Positions 12,601 to 22,700 of a stretch of 64,000 nt of DNA are shown one piece after another. Each line of letters starts with the position of its first letter. Within the stretch, counting starts at the first letter, position 1. The notes below the pieces were generated by a model, which made no database searches, was not told the origin of the DNA, and was given only the letters and a program-made list of their open reading frames with translations. The stretch is from Balanoglossus misakiensis (Eukaryota > Animalia > Hemichordata). Location: positions 7,427,677 to 7,491,676 of the forward strand of contig CM082592.2 in the NCBI GenBank assembly GCA_040954595.2, written 5' to 3'. Both the position numbers and the translations under genes were made by a program.

Positions 12601-15600
12601 AGCCGAGCCCCCAAGTCTCCACTGAATGGATTTCAAAAACCACCCTGTGGGACTTCCATTTTTTCCCCCTCTCTTATTGTAAATACAAGTGCCAGAACAC
12701 GACTCAGAAACAGTGCCTTAATGAACACTTTTTTTCCTGAGTAATCTCTAATTTCGCTCCAGGTGAATGACTCTGCTCGACAATAACTCATTTCTAATGA
12801 GCTTACCACGCATCATGATATCAGAAATCAGCTTTTTTTCTCTCTCTGTCTCTGTCTCTCTTCCACATCTCCTCAAAGACCATGCGCAAAATACCTAGTA
12901 TTTTACACATGAACTCTCACTTTGTTTTGTAATTTGTATCCAGATTGCCTTAACGATCATCACACGTGTCAACATCTTTTAAGTTTTAGGGGGTATAACA
13001 AGAACATATTATGTCATGTGTATACAATACTACACACACACTAAAATATAGATCAAAATCAGCCAATATTATAGCAGCGAACTCCTGGCCACTAGGCACT
13101 GTAAACGCATTGCTAAATATGTGAGGTGCTTGAGGGGTACACACTGATTTTCCAAACCTATACTCTATGCCTAACAATCGAGAGACTGATTTTCGAGATG
13201 CCTTATAGCTGGAGGGCACTTTCTTAGACTTGCTTTTCCGCTCTTTGATATGATGATGCTTTTCCTCTTCATTGCATATTTTTTTTTATTCTTGCGAGTA
13301 ACGAGATCTTTGTTCCCTTCTAGTATTCAGTGATTTTCTGTACTAACAAACCACCCAAAGCTCTCTGGAAATCTAACCCTTGCAATCAATTCAGAGTGAC
13401 TTTATTGTGAAAGCTACACACAAATGATTCTGTGGCAGTATTACTGCAGAGTCGTGACAGCTTTTGACATTTAGGATATAATGTCCGGCCCCTTGGTTTA
13501 CCATGACACAATTTCTATAATACTGCATTTCACCTCATTAGGGCCCATTGACCTACACATGTGATATTTGGGGAAATATCGGGATCTTGCCCAATCACCC
13601 TTGAATTGAGTTTGAAAATGGAAGATTGTCAAGGAAGATTGGCTGCAGTACACAGGCAAAAGAATATGAGACCCTTACTCACTATGACTATGAGTGAGTG
13701 AATTGTACAAAACCAACATAAGATGCCATGATATGTACCGGTACATGTATACATCACCTATGCAAATGTAGCCACAGTTACCGTGGGAAGAGATCTAGTC
13801 ATCTAGTGTTGCATGTATCGTAATATCTAACACACTACCCTGGATACTCTGTATGACAGATAACAAGACGCATACAATCTGACATATTTTCTTTGTCAGT
13901 TGTCTCATCTCAGTACATCATCGTCAATGTGGCATTGTTATGCATGGTGTATAGAATACGACAGAGAATTATTGCGAAGTCCAGATCACACCCCCTTGAC
14001 TCTATAAAGAATTTCCTTGACGTGCCGATTCCATCTGAATTGGGACTAATCAATGGAATAATGATCAGATTCTGGGGGAAAAAGTGTTGCCATGGCAATG
14101 ACCTATACTATTAAAAGTGAATGCCGTGTGTTTGTGTCCAGTCTTGCTATAGATCTTTGTAGCTGACGATTGTTTGGGGAAAATTTGGGATCAACAACAA
14201 ATTCAATACCTCTCAAAAGACCCTAAAAACATGTTTGTCAGTCTAGTCAAAGAGAGAGCAAATAAAAAGCACCATTAGCTGAATGCTACCTACTCAGAAT
14301 TTGTATACATTTGTGAAATGCACTAGGTTTATTTGATCTTATTCAAATTAATATCCAACACAAATTAAGCTTTATGAAATCCTAGTTTAGTCATCCTGTA
14401 CATTGCAATTCTTCAAAACATGTTTTGCCCTGAGAAAATATTGATTACTGGTAGTACATTTACACTGCCCATCATAAAAATATTTTGAAACAACTGACTG
14501 CAGTGATTGGATAATCTAAACTTGACATGTAAATATAGAATAATAAGCTGTGACCTGTCCAACCACCTTGTTAATTTGCATTTTAGAAACTACTTCTGAT
14601 TGGTTAAAAAGAGTGAACAGATGTTCGCAGATTTCCATTCAGAGCATGCTTGCTTCATTTTATTCGAAAACGTGAAGCAAGAGACATGTTGCTGAGTAGC
14701 TGGAGATGGTTCAGTATGACTGAAACTCATGTTGACATGAACGAGTGGGAAACTGAGCCTATCTTATCTCAAGGCAGACTTCAAACGTGCCTATCTACAG
14801 AATAAGTTTCATTTTCTTACTCCCGTTGAACATGAAACTGTTGAACCGTACAAGAAATCAGAAATTCCGCTACAAGGGGCACTGAGTTGACCTGTTTGGG
14901 GCACTGCTGCTCCAAGGACTGACCAGAGAAACATTTTCTCTGGAAATGAAACTGGTACCGGTAACACAAGTAACCTGGTAAGCCCACAGCGTGTTGTGTT
15001 GCATTAGGCATGTAATTTCCTACTAACCTTGACAATACACTATGTTTACGTATTATGGTCTCTTTCTGGAAAAACAAGATCTGATTACCAATTTCTATTA
15101 GCGATATAACATCTAGAGATGTGCCTTGTTTTTGTTTTTATGGCACAGGTTCAGTATTAGAGAAGAGCAAATGTAAAGATCGAGTCAATGCTACATCTGA
15201 TTTTAATCAGATTGAATAACAGTCTTGCATGTGAGACTTCTACTTAATGTTATTATCACATTGGATTTCCACAGCTCCGTCACCTTAGAAAGATGCGTCA
15301 CACACCAGGACGATTTGACCGAAGCATCACGACAAGAGCAGTCTGGGGACACCTGAAATATCTCTGTAAGTCATTAAACTGAGATGAGTTTCTGGGCTAT
15401 AAAAATTAATGTACGTGATAAATTACACTTGGGATTTTATTGTACTGATAAAATAACACATTCCAGTCCCGCTAATGCTCAGATAGCTAACTCAATGGTT
15501 TCACATTCTCAGGACAGTCAGATACAATGACATGCTAAAAACTTGAATTTAATTAAATAATTATGTTATATTAGATTATGTTTATGTTAAAAACTAGTTT

Positions 15601-17912
15601 TTAATTAATTAGATTATGTTTTTGAATAATTTGATGACATTCCATCAAATATAATCAATACTGCCAGAACCCTATATAATGACAAAGTTGGGCTATGATG
15701 TTTTACACTAGGTTTATACCCTAAACCTATTGTAATAACCTCCATCCCATCATGAGAAACGCCGAACATTTGGGCCACCGTACAATCACCATGTGTGTGG
15801 AAGAGTGAATGTACGTGGCATGTACATACCAGGTATACTTGACTAGCACTAGCTGGGAGATATAGAACAACAGCTAAGGTACGCCTATGAAGTGGGTCGT
15901 TCATTGACTTTTCCGTGCAATGACTGAAGACCCCGCGATGTGAACGGCACTTAAAACTGTATCAATGCTTGGGGAATGGTATCACCACCAAGGGTAAATA
16001 GCTTTCCCTGTAGGCAGTACATCACTAATAGAAAATGTCAACCACAGCAGCAGTCGTGAAAGGCAGTGATATATACTGAGTATACTGAGGGGGAAAGGTT
16101 GAAATAAGAAAAGCAATTTTTTTTTAATTTTTGTTCGAGAGTGTTTGGTTTTCGTTTCCTCCAACACAAACAAATAAATCACAATCCCTTCTTTTTTGTG
16201 CAGACATTTTTCCTGCATTCCCAATTTCTGAGTGCAATAACAATTTTCTTTTAATTAAAAATCTGGTTTTCTAGCTTGGAATGAATTAGTCACAGCCATA
16301 GTGCTCACATGCAAAACAGGAATGACTGTTGCTAAATGAAGAATAATCTAACATTAACACTGTATCTTGTTAGTAAGGCAACTGTGTATTAACCAAGGCG
16401 CCAAAATAGCAATATGGGGATCATGCCGGTACATTAATCTACATGAACAAGGAACACCCTACCTGTCACACCATATAATACCTTATCACGAGATACCTGC
16501 ATCAGCCAGTTCTGACCCATGGATATCATTGCAATTGATAGCACCTTTTGTTATTGGCTGTGACTGATTGTTATTGTTAGGTTCACACTAGATGGTGTCA
16601 ATTACTACCTGGCCAAAGTAACCACTTACATGTATGTATCTACCTGTAGGTCCATGTCTTTGAACCTTTATACAGACCCAAACCTGCTTTCACTCAAACC
16701 CATCCCACTCTGTAATACCCACTTAGACTCTTCGTCATCTTTGCACATTTTTTTTTCTAGTCAGTCCACGAACTGAGGTGGCTTAGGGTCACATTAGTCT
16801 TTGCTAATAGAGAATAATGTAGCCAACTGATACACGATGATTGCATTTCTGTACAAGAAACTAGGCATGTCACGCCATCATGCTGTACAAATAATTCTGC
16901 CAATAACAATTCTATGTTGCATTAATTTGCATATGAGGACATAGGGTCTAATAACTTAGTAAATTTTAGATGTTAATCCACTGACTGGAACATAATCCAT
17001 CATACACAATAATCCGACACAAAATAAACTATACTTTTACACTCATTTGTATGTGATATTTCCCTGATGGCGACTGCAATATATATAACAGCTAAACGTA
17101 CAAAGCAGCCGACTGTAAAGGGATCCTAGTTTCATCATAAATCATTAAAGGTATACGGTCACTTTTCGGTCACTCCCAATTTACATACGCCCAAATATGG
17201 CTGAAATGGCGTATTTGAGTGTTCTAAAGAACATATAGTGGCGCTCTTTTTTTTCGCGTGTGCTACCCACTGAAAATTGGCTAGATCTCAATTTGCCATG
17301 GTAACAGTAGCTAAATTTGCATAGCCTAGGTGACTGTATACCTTTAAACAAGACTTCATGACTGCATATTAGATGAAGTTTGGCATGGTGCCAACTTGGT
17401 GGCTTGTCTCACGCCGCTCCTGATTATGTTAACTTCCATGCCCTGGGCTACTATATGATCTGAGGAATTACATTTGTCTCTGTGCCATGACTGATATAAA
17501 TCCTAGTATTCTGTGAATAATATTAACATTACTCAATATGTCCTTTCTGAATAGTAGGCCGACTGCATTGATCAAACACGTGATAATGCAGTGTGCCCTG
17601 TTTCCATATTATCAAAAAATATTTCTCGCCAGCAAGACTAAAAATATATGTCCTTGTATTACCCATAAAGAGTATCGGATTTCAAGTTTTCAATGGTGTG
17701 GATGATGATGCCAAATTTAGCATACGAGGATGAAAGAGTTATAAATCTGTAAATTGGACAATTCTCATAATGATATTGAAGTATTTATTGAAGCTACAGA
17801 ATATACAATGTCTAAAATTGAAAGTTTTAATTTTAACTATATTCCATTTGTCAAAAAAATAAAATTGTAAGTAAAACTACAGATCCTGAAGATTGAAGTA
17901 TGTGATGTCCCA

Positions 17913-17995
<83 letters not shown>

Positions 17996-18831
17996 GCATT
18001 GTGTCTGGGGTTACTCTCTGGAATTCTGTTGTATCAAAATATTTACAGTCAACTTAATTTTTCACAATCAACATGAAAAGCCCACAGTCGACCCTGCTAA
18101 GTGCTCCTTATTACCCCTTATTTCTTCAACAAAATTCGATTTAACAGCAATTTAGCAATGTACAAAGATAAGATACAGACATAGCTCGCTGTATCTCATC
18201 TGAGTACTGCAGTATTGTTGATATCTGACTGTAAATAAACTAAAGATTTACATATCAGCCTCTCTTGTTTCTTTCTAATCTAAGACTGAAATATACATCG
18301 CCAAACCTTGTACATTTTTGTAAATGATGTCTGTTCCCACTACACAGCGGGAATCTCGTGCAAATCATAATGCCTCTTATTTCTTTGTCGAAAATCATTC
18401 AGCCAGAAAATCGCAACCTCCAGAGATCCAGAACAAAAAAAAATCGCCGTCTGTTGAAATCGACATTGGGATCTGATCACTGGGTGAAATACTCTGTGAA
18501 ACTTTTCTGATTGGGCGAAAGACCTTACCGTTATATGAGCGTGTGTCATTGTCACTGAATTTTTAACACTTTACGTCGTCTGGCGAGTTCAACAATGTAC
18601 AGTGCTCAACTTACCGGTCGTCTGGCTAATCTGCTGCATGAGAGAAAGGTCGACAGCGTACGATGCCAGCTTTGGATCGGCGCTTCCCAGTTGGAAAACC
18701 CCCTTTCCCGGATAAACACTCTCGATCTTCTGGACAGCTGACGGATCGTACGGTCTCCAGCGACCTTGATCGTTCAGCCATTCCCATACAACGACAGCTG
18801 GAAAATTCGCATCACTAGATCCTGTCGCCAT
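3609..18831 (-). CDS. DTX: Deltex family E3 ubiquitin ligase (tandem WWE, Ser-rich linker, RING-H2, DTC domain), 9 coding exons
   Basis: Exons read with GT-AG ends and consistent phases: 18831-18615 ([25 protein letters not shown]1; alternative ATG 18879), 6709-5980 ([18 protein letters not shown]2), 5832-5762, 5357-5202 ([15 protein letters not shown]), 4997-4936, 4650-4507 ([18 protein letters not shown]), 4370-4209 ([22 protein letters not shown]), 4060-3971 ([23 protein letters not shown]), 3827-3609 ([31 protein letters not shown], stop). Architecture of the DTX1/2/4 and Drosophila deltex subfamily. Confidence 0.95.
5096..5159. mobile_element. piggyBac-like MITE, right-hand fragment (further fragments at 6901-6933, 35094-35138, 54438-54469)
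   Basis: AGAGGTCCAACC..CATAGAAAACAATGGATTTGGAC..GTGAAAGGGTTAA shared with the full copies. Confidence 0.7.
11161..11672. repeat. Diverged direct duplication (about 140-bp homologous blocks, about 365 bp apart)
   Basis: ..TTTTCTTCGGTCACCAGTGGGTTTGTTGAGTCAGCGATGCATCTATTGGCTTAGAGGGCACAC.. versus ..TTTTCTTGAGTCACCAGTGTTTGTTGAGTCAGTGGTGCATCATATTGGCTTAGAAGGCACAC.. Confidence 0.75.
11982..12246. repeat. Interspersed CTATAG/TTCTATAGAA-rich repeat with imperfect TACCCTT..AAGGGTA ends (related copies about 31803-31950 and 40433-40550)
   Basis: The same short degenerate units (ATTTCTATAGAA, CATTCTATAG) recur at three distant places. Confidence 0.5.
17145..17347. mobile_element. TTAA-flanked non-autonomous DNA transposon (Kolobok-like ends)
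   Basis: Terminal inverted repeats TTAAAGGTATACGGTCAC / GTGACTGTATACCTTTAA (17 of 18 paired). An identical left end recurs at 52520-52537. Confidence 0.7.
17913..17995. repeat. (ATAA)n microsatellite, about 20 units
   Basis: Perfect tetranucleotide run. Confidence 0.95.
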
Positions 18832-18879
18832 TTCCCCAACTCTGTCTCTTTTTTCTTGATCGCCGCAGCCACTGTACAT

Positions 18880-19723
18880 TACTGGGGATTCCGTTCATCA
18901 TTTGACCAAACCATTCTTACTATAGGGTGGGATTCGGGCACATTTGAGGTGGAAAGCCTTTTGTGGTGTATGATCAGAAAAGAAAGTTTAAAGTTACTCC
19001 AAAATGTTATACGTACAATGTAATGAAACAGATTACTTAATTTTAATAGTATTTGTAGATATATAATAAACTATTTTATTAGTTTGCCTATAAATCACCG
19101 AGGATCTCACCTCTAAAAATTTGGAACATTGCTAATGCAATGTATCGCAAACAGTACGTCACGTGATAGTCACATGTCAAAATATTATGTTCAAATGAAC
19201 CATGGGTAGGAAATACTACATATATAATCACTCCTAATTTAGCGAGAATTTCCAACGAATTTTGACAAAGAAAATTTATTTACAAAAAATACGATATTAT
19301 TTCGTAAAATTACCAGGAAATGATAGAAAATTCCTCCCTAGCAACAAACCTGGTAACGTACACTAAACTAAAGCCTTTGCACTTTTGGTCTGTAAACGTA
19401 TTATTCCGCTACATATCGAAACTGTTTTAGAGACGCTTTGCTATGCTTAAACAGGAAAAAAATCATCGCAGTGTCATTTGTAGTTTATGAAAACACCATT
19501 TTGAGTATATTACACATTATATGCGACAAATGATACAATAAGAGGATTATTTTTTGTGAGCTAATGCGCAGTTGGAAATGGGGTCAGGGTAAAGTGTCTC
19601 TCAGCTGAGGTACATTTTTGGATCGATCGTCGTCGTACTAATCGAAGTACCATACCTGTAAATACTTAAACTTTCATAGGTAACTCAAACTATGCTTTCA
19701 AGAAACTGAAGAAAAGCAACAAC
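18880..19723. promoter_or_regulatory. Divergent (head-to-head) promoter region between Deltex and DNAH10
   Basis: Under 0.9 kb between opposite-strand start codons. Contains GTCACGTGA (19158-19166), forkhead-like TATTTAC (about 19277) and TGTAAAC (19391), and tandem RFX half-sites CCTAGCAAC (19337-19345) and CCTGGTAAC (19349-19357). Confidence 0.7.
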
Positions 19724-22700
19724 ATGGATGACGTGAGGATCGAGTGGATAAGCGAGAAGGTTTCAGTCGGCCTAAATATCTCAGACCTGTCTGTCTTCGA
19801 GGAGCTGCTCAATGCAGACGATGGCGAACACGAACGAGAGCTTGCCAAGTATTTGAACGAGACATGTGCAGACGGCGAATCAACGATACTGTTTTACAAG
19901 TGCCTTAAAGAAGATGAAATAGAGGTTGAAGTTGAAATAGGTAGGCAACTTATACAATTCGTTACTCCGCTGATGATGGCCTGATCATTGAAATGTTTAG
20001 CCTGCTGCAGCCTTGCCTACCATCATCAACAAATCTGTAGGCTTGCACATATCCTACTTTACTGCAGGTGACAGATATTAACATAGCAATGGTGTTTGCC
20101 TGTTTAGCTATGTGCATTACATATAACATATTAACATATCCATGGCTCAGTACACCTGGAGACACTTGAGGGGAGACTATGAAAGTTGAAATGTAGTTTG
20201 TGCATTGTAAAATTGTAATGTACAATATTGTGTTTTTAGAGCCCTCAGAACTGGAGGAGGAACTAGGTGAAGAGGATGAGAAAACTGAGGGAGAGCAGCC
20301 AGCCATTGAAGGTGAAGAAAGTCAACAAACCGAGGATTCGGTGGGTGCCAATGGTGTAGAACCAACACCAGAACCATCAGAAACACCCATTGAAGATGGT
20401 GAAAAACCAAGTAAGCCAGATGCATTTTGTGACGTGATATGATATATACCATTAGCTGCAGGTCTTGGTTTGTGTTTTGCCATCTAACACACAAACCATT
20501 GACAATTTTAACCTAGAGTTCTAGTACTGAAATGTAGCTAATGTACCATAGGCCTATTATTGTCCGTGAATTGTATTCTGCATCCCCAAAATTTCTGTTA
20601 CCAAAGGTATTTGTTTTGATGTTGCAGTAGCTGTCTCAGTCTTGCCGTGATTCTTAACATGTGTGCTTTGATGCATAATTGCAGAGAAAGGAAAGAAAAA
20701 GAAGGGCAAGAAATCGGGTGTTGTTGAAGAAGAGAAGAAAGAGGAAGAGCCCAGCGTACCGGAAGAGGAGGAGAAGAAAGAAGAAGAAAGTAAACCGGAA
20801 GGTCAGGGTGAAGGCGGTGAAGGGGACGATGGTGAGGGCTCACAAACGGCCTCTGAGGATAAAGCTCCAAGAACTGTAAGTTGAATATTGGGTGAAACCT
20901 TGATTTCAAACGCTCCCACAGTACATACAATACCATGTGTGAGAAACGGCCATAGGAATATCATGTGTATTCCTATGACCGCACTCACCCATGTGTATTT
21001 ATTTGTACCACTATCACATGACTAAATCCTACATCTATTTGCCATAGAACACAACCCTCTCACTGGCTACTCAAATACATCCATTTGTCTAAGCCAATAC
21101 AAACACATCTCAGATGGACATACGTGGTAGCTAGTGGGAGGTTTACATACATTCACTACACGGTCTTTAGTTGGCCCTGTCCTCATTATGGACATTAGTC
21201 AATCTGATTAAAATCAAATGTAGGGTACGGTGACGTCTTTTACTTTAGGCGGTACAGTATTCTTATGCTGTAGTGTGAGGCGACAGCATAATACCATACT
21301 ACATATAAATAAAAGACGTCACCGTATGGCAGACAGATGGCCTGTCTCTAAGAGGAGCCCTGTTGCATTCTTTTTCAATAGAAAATAGTCAAGCAGAAGG
21401 TGCTGAACACCATTCTTCACATGTGCCACGGTCATCTACCGGAAGAAGTTTCTGAACAGGACTGTGTGTATTTCATCCGTAACACACCCGGCATGGTGGA
21501 GCTCCCGAACTCCATTGAAGAAGCCAACGAGATGCTCCCAAAATACTTTGAATTTGGTATTCTCAACGGCCATTCCCTGGTCATGTTGGAACAAATCATC
21601 ACTCAGGTAAAGTCTATAAGGCTTAGCATTTCAACCTCTGTTTCTGTCTTTTCAAATGAGAGTCCCATTACAGGGGGTGCCCTTTTGCAAAACCAATCAA
21701 AACTTAGGTTAAACTAATATAAAACCACTGATCAGTGTATGATGGTTTTTTTCTCACCCTAGGTGTACATGCCCCTGCTATCGTTCAATACCCACAAGAA
21801 TGGAGATGGCTCTCCCCAACAAGTACCAGCTACTCCGAGAGACGAGGACCATGATGACGACGACTCCGAAAGCTCACCGGAGTTCAACATAGCGGAGTCC
21901 GCGAACAAAGCTTTACTCAGAGACGAGTTTCTCATCAACATGCAGAAATTCTCCTCCCACATTTCCAGGACGATCCAACAGATCGAGGGCGAGGTGCGGC
22001 TGGACATTCCAGACTTGAACATTGACGGAGATATCAATGAACTTGCCAAAGACGAGGAGCTCGTGGCCCAGATCGAGAACGCCTGCCTGGAGTGGACCCA
22101 GCAGATAGCGAGCGCCGTCGAGACGCAGCTCAAGAAGACCCCGCAGGGAAACGGACCGCTGGCCGAGATTGATTTCTGGCGGGAGCGCAACGCCGCCCTG
22201 AGCGCGCTCAGCGAGCAGCTGAAGTTGCCGACCGTGAAGAAGATGCTGGACATCGTGGCCAAGAAGGAAGGCCAGGACCAGGCCATCCTGCAGAGCTTTG
22301 AACTCAACCGATCGGAGCTCAACAAATACTACACTGAAGCCAAGGACAATGTGAGGTTCTTGTCCACGCTGGAAAGACATTTCAAGAACTTGACCCACGG
22401 CGCCGCATTTGGCATCGTGCTGGATACGATTCCGTCCATGATGAACGCACTCCGGATGGTCTGGATCATCTCCCGGCATTACAACAGGGATGAGAGGATG
22501 GTACCACTGATGGAGAGGATAGCGTGGGAGCTAGCAGAGAGAGTCACCAGGGTTATCAACATTAGGACAATATTCAAGTAAGTCCATAAAAAAATTTTAC
22601 AATCACAAAATCATAAAATTTCCAGTTAAAAAATATATCACATACATGTATATCATTTTCCTGTTTTCCTGGCATCATAAATTTTTTGACAAAAAAAAAA

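Larger units (their letters stand above)
6710..18614 (-). other. Deltex intron 1 (11,905 bp, phase 1)
   Basis: Minus-strand donor GTAAGT after 18615 and acceptor TTTTTTAG before 6709 join TTG|SARPVRRY in frame. No convincing ORF inside. Confidence 0.88.

Noticed and set aside
7353-18555. Nested protein-coding gene in Deltex intron 1
   Set aside because: All ORFs are under 100 aa, lack recognisable domains or exon-like composition, and could not be spliced into a coherent model.
20679-20879. Arg/Lys-rich protamine-like 66-aa ORF
   Set aside because: Alternative frame of the purine-rich DNAH10 exon 3; splice phases select the Glu-rich frame.
21759-22479. Long antisense ORFs over DNAH10 exons (also 39914-40288, 46513-47007 and others)
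   Set aside because: Shadows of high-GC3 coding exons; they coincide with exon limits and show no domain.
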